A stretch of DNA of 64,000 bases. Origin: Eledone cirrhosa. Taxonomy: Eukaryota. Location: the NCBI GenBank assembly GCA_964016885.1, contig OZ024740.1, positions 121,086,001 to 121,150,000 of the forward strand, in the 5' to 3' direction. The notes under the pieces were generated by a model, which did not search any database, was not told where the DNA came from, and worked only from the letters and a program-made list of their open reading frames with translations. Both the position numbers and the translations under genes were made by a program. The stretch's first letter is position 1. Every line of letters begins with the position of its first letter. This document shows positions 13,951 through 29,046 of the stretch, piece after piece.

Positions 13951-14959
13951 ATTATTATACCGTTGTCGATGCCGTCAGCTATATCTCTTCTATACAGAAA
14001 TTAATGGTCTTGTGATAAAGAAAACACTATTTAGATTTATTCTATCAGGAAGAATGGTATAGTGTGACCTGAGCAATATTATACTTATTGTATCGATATC
14101 TGGAAGAGTAAAGTAAGTAATCATTATAATAGTACATTACTATATATCGTTCAACATTTAGCCCGATTGCTAATCGATTCCCTATCGTTCGTGAGCTGAA
14201 CATATTGATGTAAAGAAATCGACTGCGTTGCAGAAAATAAGAATATGCGATTAAATATCATTTGATATTTTGTTCATCATTCTGAGTTCAAAATCCCGCT
14301 GGGATGTCCTTTGCCTTTTATTAGCTGTGATCGATAATATAAAGCATATTTTGGATCGATTTAATTGACTATAAAACTCTCCAACAAACTCGTGACTTTG
14401 TGGTAATCTTAGAAATCACTACTATTCAAAGATATTAGAAATTAAAAATAAGAAACATGTTTCCAGAAAATCCGTAACAATTTGAATCTGAGATTCAATT
14501 ACGGTTCCCATTTGATCTTCAAAACTAACCACTCGATGCTAATCTCCGATCATGAAAAGTTACACGATTAACTGTTTATTCTGATTGTATAGCTCTATAT
14601 ACGTATTTATTCGGTGTTTAATTTTCTTCAGGTTCATGACCCGATACCTGATGTAATTTTACATAGGTACACTTGATTATACTCCCTCATCTTATTATAT
14701 GGTACATTAGGGAAATATATTTCTAAAGTAAGGTGTCATATATTGACATACCCGCTTCACGAATTATGTATTTACTCCTGTTAGATCATTTCAAATCTTA
14801 GTGATAGAAATGGCCAGAAAATGGCCAGTATTTTATTAAGGCCAAAATAGGTTTAAGGGCTTTAATACATCTAACGTGGTCTAAACTCGTAACGGCAATG
14901 AAAGAGTAATACACACTGTTCGAAGTATTCGAAGAGAAATACATATTGGTTGAAGGATT

Positions 14960-16130
14960 CAAATGCCATATATACTTTTGCCCATTGGTTAAACGCGTTG
15001 CTAGATTGTTCATATATTTGAATCTCCTTATATGCCATGAATAAATTGACGTAAGTCTTTTGTATCCATCGCGTTTGGGGATATTTGTAAATGCTGTTAT
15101 TTAATGTAAAAAATGTTATTCTGTAGGACGAATTTTAAATATTCGGTATATAATTTTTTTCTATTCTGTCTAGAATTAGATTAGGAAATCTTTCGAACCA
15201 GAAGCCTCTTGTCCATATTGGTATGGGATCGTAGTATAGAGTTGAACTGTATCAAATATTAAAATAATTGTCTCTCTGTTAACGATTTTAGGGCGGTTGT
15301 CTAACTGATCCAGTTCGTCTCCCATGGGACTTGGTTTGTATTTTAAAATAGTATATCTATAATCTTGCTGAGTCTGTGTGTTTTACAGTTTAGGCCTGCT
15401 ACAATTGGTCTTAATTTAAGATCCTTGGGGTGCTGCATGTTTATACAGGCTGATGTTGATTCTTTACAGACATCGTTAATTGATTTGTTCTTCTGTATTT
15501 CTAGGAGACTGCAGATATTACTAGTTTTTCAGTCAAAATAAACTAAGTAGTGAAATTCGTTCATTCTTAAAACATTTTTGATGTCGGTGAATAAGTGTAA
15601 TTACTTTTTTCATCACCATTGATTGTTTGGAAATTGTTTACCTATGCATTATAGGTATTATGTTGTAGTAGAGTTAATATAGAAGGTTTGTACTGTTTAA
15701 CATCCATAATGACAACAACACCTATCTTATCCGCTGCCTTAATAACCATGTTGATATTGTTTTTGAGTTCACGGATAATTTCCCATTCCTTTCTACTGGT
15801 AATGGGTTTGGATTTAGACTGTGGTAGTCCTTTATATGGAAAGGGAGATATAAACACAATTTCTCTACTGTTTCATTCTCACGTTTCGTTGGATTGTAAC
15901 TACTTTTAATTATAAAAAAATTATTAGACGGTGTTTTTCTTATTAAATGATTTTTTTTTAGGCGTAATTTTCTACAGAATTTTGAAATGTCATCTTGTAT
16001 TTCATTGTAGTTAGGATGCTGTGGTACTAGAGGATGGCTTAGGCCTTTTGAGAGAATTTTAATTTGTTGTATTGAGAGAATTTTAATTTGTTCTTTGGTG
16101 TTGGTTAATTATATTTGGTTTTTCATTTTT
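14960..16130 (-). pseudogene. Heavily decayed PLE RT remnant (Neptune-like)
   Basis: EWEIIRELKNNINMVIKAADKIGVVVIMD (ORF 15642-15857) and AMDTK..YVNLFMAYKEIQIY near 15070-15010; boundaries approximate. Confidence 0.6.
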
Positions 16131-16473
16131 GGCTTGTAACAGCAGGCGTCGTGAATTAAGTCGACTGCGTTTAAAAAGAAATCCTTCAAATTAGTCATTG
16201 CACTGCTATTTCTGAATCCGTAAATATTTTACCTTTTATAATATACTCATCTATAATATTCTCTAACAAGTTGTTGAGAGCCTTTTTAACTGTGTTCTTT
16301 TCCCGATTCCCCTCGGAAATCTACTCTTAATCACTATATACATACACACACACACACACACATGTATATACACACACACAAACGCACACACACACATACA
16401 CACATACACACACACACATATATATATATGTGTGTGTGTGTGTGTGTATACACACACACAGACACACACACAC

Positions 16474-16551
<78 letters not shown>

Positions 16552-16553
<2 letters not shown>

Positions 16554-17649
16554 CAGAGGATGTCTATCTGTTTGTCTGTGTAAATCCCTAAAACTCTAGA
16601 AGTACCAGACTGATTTTTTTTAAACTTTACACATGCGTTACGTATATTTTTTGACGTACAATGGGCTAAACTACATTAGGCGAAAAACTTTATTTTGTAG
16701 GCATATTTAGGCTTTTATGAGGCGTAACTTACAGATAATCCAGCCAATTTCCTCGAAATTTGCAGCACACATTAGGTAGTCCCCTCGCATTGCTGTGGAC
16801 AAAAAATTTCCGATTCCATTAATGCTATTTTCATTTTCAATATAAACGCTACTTAAACATCGTAAGTAGCGTATAATATTTCGTTAAAAATTTGGTTTAT
16901 TTAACAGAGGACACAACACTTACTTACTTTTAAGCAAGACTATTTTCGGGGGATTGAGGAAATGAGGAGGACCTTAAAATCTTTGTCGGCGACCTGCTGA
17001 CGCTTCATGCTTTCATCACACGTAAATCCGGGCCCTGTGTGCGCTGTCGTGTTATTGACACCGTAAAACTCACGTCTGTACAACTTGTACTAAAACCCCT
17101 TTTGTTGTACCTACACCACAGTATGAACGCCCTGCGCAAGTACACCGAACAGCGCTTGTGCTAATTCCGCGGCGACCCACACTTGAAATTGTTGATGTTA
17201 CCCCAATAGTAATTCCGAAGCGTTCGGCATGCGATATAACAGTTCGATCTATATCAGATTGGGTAGATTTACGAAGAGGCTATGGTTTCTGTGGGGAAGG
17301 CTCAGCATGCTATGTGGTTGCATGACATGTCTTACTCAGGCATTGCAGGATCTACTCTGTATAGTATACATGCAAGTGCAATAGACATAACTGATGATGT
17401 ATGTCCGGATGACTGGGTGCGAATTTATAAAACTCGAAAATTACCTAACCGATTTTCTCCAGATTTTGCACATGCATGCAGATGTTTCACTATTCGGGCC
17501 TGCTGGTGTTCTACGATTCCAGTCGATGAACAATCATTCCCTGAGAATAAGGGAATTCAAAAAGTACACAGTTACATTCCTCAATCTTTGCATATGCGTG
17601 TTGCTATTTCACGTTTCCTAACCCGTGCAACGCTGGGTCCTGCTGCTAG
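16552..17649 (+). mobile_element. Probable non-autonomous Helitron-like element
   Basis: 3' end CCCGTGCAACGCTGGG imperfect hairpin followed by CTAG|T at 17646-17650; 5' region GTTTGTCTGT...AAACTC...GATTTT motif repeated internally near 17430. Confidence 0.55.
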
Positions 17650-20600
17650 TACATATATATATATATATATAATGTGTGTGTGTGTGTGTGTGTTTGTGTT
17701 CCCTTTCGTTGCCTTGTCCTCACTTATTGCAATGGCTTATTTACTCGATATCTTACTGTCTTCTTGCTTTTTGTTTTGTTTCCTTTTTCTTTCTTTGTTT
17801 TCTTTGATTAATTCATGTCTCTTGTACTATAAGAGGCACCACCCTCTTTCCCTTGACCGATGAATAGGTTGGGTAAAGTAAGCCCTTGAAACAAAAAAAA
17901 AGTGGATATATATTCCTGCGCAATGGTTAAAAGCGCATTCATTGTTATCAAATATCATTATAGTTATCTGCATTGTGGCAGCTATATTTTCAATTTTCAA
18001 TCCTCCCACTTATATGTTGCGCATACACACTTATATATGAGTATTAAGGATTTTTTCTTAAGGCTACTTAAAGCGATTGAGATGTATGTTTTGTTATTCC
18101 TTGCAGGATTTATAAGTTGGTGGCTGAATGATTAAATGATTTAGTTACAATTTAGATAGTTTGTTTTCTGAAATGTCCAACGATTAGTCTAACAGGCACA
18201 TATATCTGTTGATCTGATGGAAATAAGCTGTATCAGGTCAAATTAGCCGTACACAGAATTCACTGAATATAAGCTAATATTCTCTACTTGAAGTAGTTTG
18301 TTACAATTTACACCTAATCCAACATCATTTAAATTGTCAGTAATGGAAAATGTTCCACTGATCGATACCCCAAGTAGTTATTTTTATATATCTGCATATT
18401 TATATCTTCTAATACAGTATTAATTCTCCTAAGATTTTAAAATCACAGATCTTTAAAAATTGCTGTGAAGAACTATAAGAAGCGAGTATGTCACACTAGT
18501 GAGAGGAATAGGAAGTAATTGTAGTGTTTAAAAAATCCATTTTGAAATATTAATTGCCTTTAGTTCGCCATGTAATAAAATCAGGAACCAATAGTTAATA
18601 GCCTTTAGATAAATGTTTCATGATGCCTCAATCACTTTAATCATTGGAAAAAAAAAAGCGAATTAAAACATAGATCCATGTATTAAACATATTGAAATTC
18701 CTGACATTTGAGGACATTATCAATAACTGTGGCTCTTCTGATTGAAATAGCATAGAAAATAAATGGGATACTTTTGGCAAAGGTATATTGAATAAAATCA
18801 TGATTTATAACATAGGTGGAAGGTGAGAAGTTTTGAAGGGAGGGTTAACTCGATTCAATCGAAACTAGTTCGTATGTCGATCCCAGAAGGAGAAAATGGA
18901 AATTTTACTTTCGTTGGATTTGGAACCAAAATGTAGAAGCCGTAACGAAATACTGCACCGCATTTCATATGATGCACTAACGGTTCTCCAAATTCAATGC
19001 CCTTAAATTAATAAAATAATACATTCATTTTAACAAGAATACTCATATACTGTGAATTTATGTTACGTTACTGGTCGAATAAAACTCCTAAAAGTAGATT
19101 ACTAAATAACGTTCAACATATAGCACATTTTCCAAGAAAACCTGCGAACTAAACTTCTTAAGAAAAGAAGAGGACATTGAGCAATGTAGTGCTTCATATA
19201 AAACAACGTCTTGATAAACACAAACAAACCAAAGCAGAAAAAGCAAAATGCCTGTCAGCATAGGCCTACTTGATCATAGTTGATCTAGATCTAAACAATA
19301 ACAACAAGCTGTAGTTCATTAGTTTAAAGAGATTGCAAACGAAATGGCATATATTTAAGTTGCACGTATGGTGACAGCTAATGAGATATATATGCAAAAG
19401 ATTGAGTGCATTGTAATGAAACAAGTAGTTTTAAGCAGAACAGCGAGACATATAGTAAGAGTAAAACAACGTATCTTTAACTCCTGATGGAATTTCCTGA
19501 GCATTTTAATCTTGGCAGAATACATTCCTCTCCAGGTCGGAACATAATTGCTTTCTATCAGAGAAAGAAGGATCGTGAGAGGGGAAAAAGTCGAGCCCTC
19601 GTACTGGTTTATGCCAATGTTAATGGATTACTGAATAATGAAAGATTAAATTGACTTTTGTGGTATTTGAACACAGAGAGCAATAGCTGTGAATAACTAA
19701 CGATACATTTTTAATTGACCGCTCTGCCAATTCTTCATCTTATATAAAGTGTAGAATATAGGTAGTAAGAGATGGAACACTCGGTACTGGTTTCCATTGT
19801 AATATGGGGCCCAGTAACTGTATTGTCAACGAGACCGGAATTGGGAATTTGATTATTTTAAGCAACCAATATTTATTTCGTATTACAATAGGCCTGTAAG
19901 GAATTAACATTGTTAAGTTGAAGTTAAGAAAGTTTCAAGAATTACAATTTGGAAATATTTCTGATAATATATTCCATACACGTAAGATAAACCAACTTGG
20001 GGGAGATGTTTTGTTATAATTGTTTAACCCACAGCAGATTGCACTGTGCTAATCTAAGCCGATTAAATGCTGACTGGTCGGTTTTATATTCGGGCGTAAT
20101 GTATCTTAACTTACTTTGTCCTAAATATACATATATTTTCTTATCTTTCAAGACGGTAGAGTTTGATTCGACGCAGATTTGGGTGATATTTTTAGCAAGT
20201 TTAATGACCTCACAAATGTTCACAGAGCAACTTGGTATTTTTATATATTTGGAAGTTTACATTACTGTCTGCTGTGATGTAAAAGAAGCAATGATCATTT
20301 CTATCAAAAGTTCAAAGATCTCCACAGGATTGAAAAATAATTTACCCTCTATTAGATATAAATGTTGTAGGCTAATATATTGTTGTTTCTTGAGAATTCA
20401 GAACTTTATTTAGAGAATAAGCTACCTTACATTAAATAACACTGGCTTGACATCGAAATAGTAACCAAATTTTCCTCATTTACCAAACAGATGGTAACTT
20501 ATTCTCCAAATAAAGATCTAAATTCTTATGAAATTTAGATGTATTAGTCCAGAATAGTTAAACTTAGCGAAGACGTGTGGCTTGGTGATTAGAGAATTAT

Positions 20601-23433
20601 ATTTGCTATCGTCACGTTGCGAATTCGATTCCTGTATTTGACATTTCATTTCACGTTGCACCTTTCGACAGGAGTTGCAACCGGTAGATAATATGATTAA
20701 TTGAAAAACCAATGAAAAAAGTTTGGTCAGATATGACGTGTTCCACGCCACCAGATAAGTGAATGAGTTCTTGGATCTTGTCAATCATTAAGAAAGACAA
20801 AAAAGACAAACGTTAAACCTAATACATAATTCAATAAATCTGTTTTAGTTGTCCAAAGTAATAGTTTATCATGTAGAGATATTTATATAAAGAAGAATAC
20901 ACCAAATGAGAGTAGACTCTGATAAATAAAAAAAGACGGGATAGATAATATTGGAATGCCTTCCATCATAGATATGAGCGATCACAAGGGTCCTGGAGCT
21001 AAACAACAGTAACAACAATAACCTGTTTCACGATTCAGTTCAATAACTAAAATATCCATGACCCTAACCTTAACCAACCTTAAAATTATATTTTGATGAT
21101 AACATTTAAACATTATTAATACACCAATAGATTTGTTCTCTCGTACTGTTTAAGATAAATGGTATATGGATATATACATTTTCCTGTTTTTGCTTCTCAA
21201 AATACAATATCTTACTTTGAAAAATAAAAGAAGGAAAAGCAAAACGAAAATTCAAACAAAGCAGCAAAAATATTTTCACTGTTTTTAGTATTTATTCTCT
21301 TGTTTTATTTCTTAAATGTTTGTCTTTATTTCATTCTCAATACAATTTAGATTCGTGATCGTAATAAATACCTGACGATAAAATCTATTACCGGAAATAA
21401 ATTACATATTGTATTAGTTTATATAATACATTTTCTCCCTTTGGGGTAATTTTCAATGTTGTTATTGTTATTTTCACGTTACTTTTTGTAGTAGTAGTAA
21501 AAGAAGTGGTAGTTGTTGATATTTCTCTCTCTTTCTAGTACTTGCTAACATCCGTGTATCTGAGAGTTTTTTACTGAAAAAAAAAAATAGTATGAAAAAA
21601 AACCTTATTCATATATTCACTGTTATTTTGATTTTTAATCCATCATTCTTTCTATCTTCTTTTATCGATTAGATAACAAAAACAATCAAACAAATAAAGA
21701 AGCAAGGAAAAACACAAAATAAACTAACATATATAATAATAGTAGCAATAAATAACAACACAGACCATTTTTCGGTTAGAGCAATAATATTTAAGAGAAC
21801 TACGGAATAACAGGTTTAAGATATATTTCGAAATAGAAGTACAGGAAAAACTGAAAATTATATATCACTATTCAGAAAAAGAAAATGTCTGAATGAAAAA
21901 AAGATTAAAAAATATAACAATAGAATGCTAGTGTGCAGCTCAATCTGAAATAATAGAATCAATTACAACACCTTTACATAATAAATATAATTTCCCGGCA
22001 AAAACTATGAATGGGGATTTATTGTTGAATTTTGTTTTTGAATTGAGCTCTTGTTTATTATTTACACAACTGTTTTGTAAATTGACTCTAGTAAAATATA
22101 ACCATATAAAAGAAGTGGAACGAATATGTTATGTATGCGGCTATGGTTATTTATTTAATAGTTATATTTTTATCATTTGCATTATTTTATAATTTACAAT
22201 TCTTGATCAGGCAGTTTTATGAGGGTAGGTTTAAAATCTTGAAGTGCAGATTTTCTAGAAAAGACAGATCAATTTTTGTTTTTCAGTAAAAAAAACACAC
22301 AGACGAGATAATACATTCAAACTATCAAGTTTATAAATTCTATTATTCATTTATTGGTTTTAATCATTAAAGTGCGGGTATGCTGGCGCATGGTTTGAAT
22401 TTCGTCGGTCATATTGACCTTAGTACTTATATCTTAATCTCTGGCACTCACTCTATTGATCTCACTCCTTTTGTTGAAACCCTATGCGACATAACCATAA
22501 GCAGAGACCCAAGCGTAAACCAAGAGACACACCTAATTCAGTAATTCAGTAGAGAATTTAATTTAACAATTAAATCATATATATAAGTGTATGCGTGGTG
22601 TGTATGTGTGTGTGTTTATGTGTGTATGTGTGTGTGGGGGGGTGTATGTGTGTGTGTGTGTGTGACTGTCTTCTGCAGTTTTCGTCTGCCAAATCCCCTC
22701 ACAAAATATTGAGCAACCCGGGCTTATAGTAGACGAGAGAAGATTACTGACCAAGATGCAGTGCATCGGGTCGGAATTCAGAACCACGACGATTTGAATC
22801 AAACTAATTAAACAGCCATAGCTGCGCTAAATATGGTGTCTACAAATTACATCATAATAAGAATGAAATCTTACATGGGGAATGGAAAGCCTTAAATCGC
22901 TTGTTGCTATTCATGTAATCACTATGTCAACTCTGATTTTAATTAAACATATTTCAGCCCATATGATCTCGTGTTCTTTCTTTCGTGTATAGTGTATATA
23001 CCGCTCAATTATGGTAATTTCTTACAAGGTTGGTTGTTTTGTGAGAAAGATTTAGATGTTACTTTCACTAACACAATATCTCTCATCAAAATCATTCAAT
23101 CACTCATAAACATTATTTGGCTGTTAACTTTAGCACGTCGAATAGCAATGAAGAATCTTGTTGATTGAATAATTCTATATATACAATATATTATTCAGTA
23201 ATTCAATAGAGAATTCAATTGAACGATTAAATCATGTTTGAGAAGGAAAGTCAAATTTGTGTTTTCTTAAAATTCTCGAGGTTTTTATACTCAATCTGGT
23301 AGTTCCCTATACGTTCATGAGGATCAGTGAGTTCATTGTCATTCCATATACTATATATATATATATATATATAAAATATTAAAAAAATAATGAATAAAAC
23401 AATGAAACAGTTCCTTATATTAAACAAAAAAAG

Positions 23434-23586
23434 TTCATTATTTAACGATCGTTTCTAGGACTTATATGTGTTAGAATTGGCACGCATATTCAACAGATCT
23501 ATGTACAACATTATACAAAATTATACAAACTATCAAATATAATATACATACCAACACATACATATGCCGTCTTCAGAAATAATGAA
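23434..23586 (-). ncRNA. Type I hammerhead ribozyme with long stem II region
   Basis: Perfect 10-bp stem I TTCATTATTT/AAATAATGAA; CTGAAGA; about 115-nt domain II; GAAACGATCGTT palindromic stem III; about 60 bp from (TA)n. Confidence 0.75.
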
Positions 23587-24196
23587 ATATATTTATTGAT
23601 AATAACAACAATTCAAAATTACAGGTCTGTTTGGGAACAGAGTTCAAATTGACCAATGAAATACACAAAAATATATCAAGAAAATACAGTTAGGTGTGTG
23701 TATATATGTAAGTAACTTCGTTCACAGATATGCATAAAAATATATGTTCACATGCATACGCATGTCGAACAAATGTATGTAAATACAAAAATTCAGGGCT
23801 AATGTCTCTGTATGTTTATAATCTACAGATAAAATACACATACGTATATAAACATATATACATTCATATATACACACATATACATACATTCACACACACA
23901 CGCGCATATACACATAAGCATACACATACCCACGAACATACACACACACACACACATCCACACACACACACACACACATATGTATATACTATTATTATAA
24001 CTATATGGATATTAAGGCGCACACATAAGCACTGCCACATATATTTACATCTAGATGCAGAAGTAGGTGAAGGGGGTCAGTAATTACTAAGGGTGTCAGA
24101 CAACTGCCTATTTATAAAATGTATCTATAAATTTAGAAATAAAAAGAAATATATTAAAAAAAACAAGTAAAATATAAAATACACATCGATATACAC

Positions 24197-24229
<33 letters not shown>

Positions 24230-24598
24230 CATATATATACATATATATACATACACATATATATAAAGACACATACATATACATATATAAATACATAGAC
24301 ACATATACATACACACATATATATATACACATATTCACAACACACATATATATATATACACACATATATATATATATACATACACACACAAATATATATA
24401 CACACACACACATACATATACGTATATATACACACACATACACATATCCATGTATGTATATACACATACAACCACACGCTCACACAACTCAGACATACAT
24501 AAATAAAGAGATATACATACACACATATACATATATATATATATAGAGATATATACATACACATAAATATATGTACACACACACACACACATATACAT

Positions 24599-24661
<63 letters not shown>

Positions 24662-24870
24662 AATATACATATATATATATGTATATATAAATAAATAAAT
24701 AAATAAATAAATACACATAGTCAGACAATTATACACACATATATATATATATACTTACATACATCTCTACAAATATATATACACATACACACGCACACAT
24801 ACATATATACATACACACATATATATATAGACATATATATACACATATATATACATATATATACATATAT

Positions 24871-24919
<49 letters not shown>

Positions 24920-25050
24920 CATACACACTTATTTACATGCGCACATATGTATTTTTATACTCACATACAAACACCCAAACATACATACCTACTTACATAC
25001 ACATACATACATCCATATAAAGAACTCAGGAAAAATTATAAAAAATAGAT

Positions 25051-25143
<93 letters not shown>

Positions 25144-25245
25144 TATTGAAGTTTCCCTTGAAAATAGAAAAAAAGTCATGGGAGTGAAGAGTGCTCTATG
25201 TAAGTACCAGAGCAAAATTTTATGTATAATAAACAATACAATATA

Positions 25246-25323
25246 ATTACCTCATTACCAGAGGTTTCCCGAATAAGACGAATACGAAAAAAACGTCCTC
25301 ATTCGTTCGTCGGACAAGGTAAT
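25246..25323 (-). ncRNA. Type I hammerhead-like motif with CCGACGA core
   Basis: 10-bp stem I ATTACCTTGT/ATGAGGTAAT; CCGACGA-A; stem II CGAATGAGGACG/CGTCTTATTCG; G-GAAA; stem III ACC-TCT-GGT; GTA triplet. Confidence 0.72.
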
Positions 25324-25746
25324 ATAAAACATAGTGAAATATTTGGAAAGTCTCCCCAAGAAATGCAAAAAATATATAAATAAAAGTAATGCAAGAGATA
25401 TATAAAAAAATATATAAAAAATATAAGGAAATATAGTTAGGTATGTGTATATGTATGTATATAGACTCACAAATGTACATATGTATGTATGTACAAATGC
25501 ATGTGTATGGTGAAAATGTGTGCGTAAGTATATATAAGAGGGCAAGTATATTTGTGTATATGTGACCACAAATACTGATATAATATGAGTTGAAAAAGAA
25601 AATGATAATATAGTTGACACGCATCCAGATACAGGTATTAAATACACATACGAGTATGAAAGCACGCGTATAAACACACACACACGCGCGGTCACATATA
25701 TGCGGAAGATAAAGAGGGAAGGGAGTGTAATAGTAAAAGGAAGTGT

Positions 25747-25817
25747 ACGGGGTCGATAAAATAAAGTACCAGTAATGCACTGGATAATTGCTGGCCTTGT
25801 GCCTAAAGTAGAAACAA
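25747..25817 (+). mobile_element. SINE 3' fragment nested in the PLE pseudo-LTR
   Basis: GGGGTCGATAAAATAAAGTACCAG...AGTAGAAACAA; absent from the inverted copy near 29835. Confidence 0.8.
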
Positions 25818-25995
25818 GTATATGAGAATGAAAAACATTTTTAAATGAAAGAGAAAGTAATCAATTAACGCTAGAGAAAAGAAAACAAACATAGGTACGC
25901 ACGTACATACACAGATATCTATAAAAAAATATTTATACACACAAATACGTACAGACAAAAGCGCATGCATGCGTACATATATACACACGAGACAC

Positions 25996-26033
<38 letters not shown>

Positions 26034-26633
26034 CCCCATGTATATCTAATCACACGTACGTACGCGACTATATATATATGTATATACACATACACATACA
26101 CACCCATACATACATATACATATAAACACACATACATATACATTCACGTACATTCACCCGCTTACACATACACGTGAAAATAAGAATGTAAAAACATAGA
26201 TGTAAAAACAGATATAAAAACACACATACACACACATATATATACACGTACGCACGCGCACATACGGAGGCGTTCTTATACATATACAGAACGTATACGC
26301 GCATAAGCACACTCAGACACATAGATACAGAGTATAAAGCAGCCTTATGAATAAATGAGTACAAATATAAAATCGGCTGCGAAACAACAGAATATATCTG
26401 GAGTGGAAAACGCAAGTGAATTAGGGAAATCAGGTAGTGAAAGAAAATGGGGAAGTAAAATGTGGTAAATGAAGATATTAGGTAAGTAAATCGAAGAGTA
26501 GGGGCGGGGGGGGGGGTACTTGTGGATGTGAAGTAAAAATAAAAATAAAATTAAAAATAAAGTTAAAAATGAAAGTATATCAGAAAGCGAAGTCTGTAAA
26601 GAGAATAATTTAAGGGAAGTGAAGAATAAGAGC

Positions 26634-28733
26634 TTATGGAGGATAAGTATCTGAAAGTGAGTTAAGTTTATATGAGCTGGAAGGCATATGTGATTTCATG
26701 TGTGGGCAACTGGTGAAAATTTCTGTTTTTGTATTTAGGCAGGTTTTTGGTGATTTAAGGTTTTGTAAAATCCAATATTTTTCACTTATGCAGAGTGTGC
26801 ATCTTCTTGTTCCTCTTGCATATTCTTTAGATTGGTTCAAAATTGACCAATCCAATTTATATTGGATACCTTGGTCTTTCAAATCCCATATTCTGCTAGC
26901 CAGAGCTGTTGTGAATATTTTTTTGGATGTCGGAAATATGCGACATCTGAGTAATAACGTGTTTTTAATTTGTCTTGTGTCATACCCACATATCGTTCGC
27001 TGGTGGCTGGTTGGTTGTTGCTGATGGTTGTCACTTTAGCCGCATATACAATGGCTTTGGTGTTGCATTTATCTTGTAATGGGCATTCCCTTTTGACTCT
27101 ACAGGAGCAATTTTAATGTTCTCTGGGTGATTTCTTATTGATGATATAAGATTTAATAGGGGGACCGCAGGAGTAGCTAATTTTGACACAGTTTCTATTG
27201 AAGATCTTATAGTATCTATGTGTTCTAGGGAAATGTTTATCTAAGAGCTCTAGGAATGTTTTGCCTACATTAGTTTTAACTGCTAGAGAGTAGGAGGGTG
27301 TGAACCAGATTATTTTTCTTTTCCTATTATTATGTTTAAAAGAGTTAGTATTGTTGGGTATGTACTTAATCGGTTCGCTAAATCCACTATTTTGAAGGGC
27401 TTTATTATAGTAGGGGGATGCCTTATTGAAAATAGCTTCTACGGCTAATATTAGGGATAAGGTTTTTAAAAACTATAGGAGGATGGCAAGAGCCTTTATT
27501 TATATATTTTAAATTTTCATTAGGTTTATGGTATGGTTTATAAGAAGCAGTAGGCAAATCTAGGTTTATATCTAGAAAATTAACATTGGAAAGTTTAGTG
27601 TCAATAGTAATTTTAAAATTAAAACTAGCAAACGTTTTTATTAAGTCTTTCCTTAATCTATCTAAGATATGGCCTATGGTGGTATGGGAAAGTATTAGAC
27701 CATCGTCGCGATAAAGCCCAAAAATGTGGTTAGGGAATTTTTCTTTAAGTGTGTGTAGGAGGAATAGGTCGACTAAATCACACACATCAGCACTGTAAAA
27801 AGAGCCCATTGAGACATCGAATGGGCTCTCTGGGTTAGATATGTTTACCCAAGTGTCATTATCAGTAAATAGTAGAGTGTTTCTAGCGTGCAAGATGACA
27901 TTCTCTTCAATATCAGAGATATTGGTAAACTTTCTAGCGAAATTTAAGGCTTTCGCTAAAAGAGTCTGAGTGATAGACGGGTAGAAATCTACAATGCCAA
28001 ATTGGGTGAATCTAGAACTATTTTTATCTTTAATTTTATTTAACCAATGTACTACGGAAGAGCTATTTATCCATTGGAGGAATTTAGACTTACTTCTAAT
28101 GTGTGTGTTTATATTATTTAAAAATTGTTTGCTGGCAAGACCGATATCAGTCTTAGCAGGGTTGATTAATCTACAACTAGGACGATTAATAAAGTCAGGT
28201 TTGTGATCTTTAAGGGTGATATATTCATTACGTATAGCAACTTTTTCTGTCCTATTATCTATTTTTAAAGAACAAGCTAATTCTTTAGCTTCCTTATTTA
28301 TATTATGATACGTGTTTATATTAGCTATTTGGTATTTAGAGGTGATGTTATCTATTAAGAGTTGGTCATGTAAATTATTATTAACTTCATATAAGTTTTT
28401 AGTTTTGTCGGAGAAGATGAACTTATTTTTAGAAGATTTGAATATTGAAATATCATTAGATAGTTTAGATTGAAAAGGGTTAGAGTACTTACGAAAATTG
28501 ATATTGTTGATTAGATTAACTAAGTCTAGTTCAAAAGCGGTCATATCTTTTACTCTTTGCGGGTATTTATGAGTTTTGATATCAAAATGTTCCGTAGAAT
28601 CCGTGTTAAAGTGTCCATCGAGAATCAGAGCTTTCCATCTCATTCTTTTAACAACCTTCTCTACTTTGTCTATCAGCATTTTCGTGTAGGAAGTGTTAGA
28701 AGGTGTTGGGATATTCTTGATAGAGTAATCCAA
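26634..28733 (-). pseudogene. Frameshifted PLE RT / GIY-YIG ORF (436-aa open RT part 27423-28733)
   Basis: YSIKNIP..MRWKA, SDKT, LKDHK, DFYPSI, GLYRDDGL, VNFLD; downstream C..CPLQDKC and CTLCISEK...SCPH endonuclease motifs. Confidence 0.9.
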
Positions 28734-28967
28734 AGGGTATTTATCAATGTTCAGTATTGGTTTAAAATCCTATTGACTGAAGAGTGCTCGACTTTAAAAG
28801 GGCTGGAAGGTGCCAATCTCATAAACATGTAGAATCTGCTGCGATCATTCCCTTCGGAGCTGTATAAGTATTGAAGTTTCCGTTGAAAATTGAAAAGTCA
28901 TAGGAGTGAAGAGTGATCTATGTAAGTACCAGAGCAAAATTTAATGTATAATAAACAATACAATATA

Positions 28968-29046
28968 ATTACCTCATTACCAGAGGTTTTCCGAATAAGA
29001 CGAATACGAAAAAAAACGTCCTCATTCGTTCGTCGGACAAGGTAAT
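28968..29046 (-). ncRNA. Second copy of the CCGACGA hammerhead-like motif (upstream pseudo-LTR)
   Basis: As 25246-25323 but GGGAAA reads GGAAAA. Confidence 0.6.

Noticed and set aside
17850-17905. CCGATGA...GAAAC hammerhead-like motif
   Set aside because: Stem III, cleavage triplet and stem I do not form
18180-20430. Cys-containing unique stretches as further exons
   Set aside because: Frames interrupted by stops; no family recognisable with confidence
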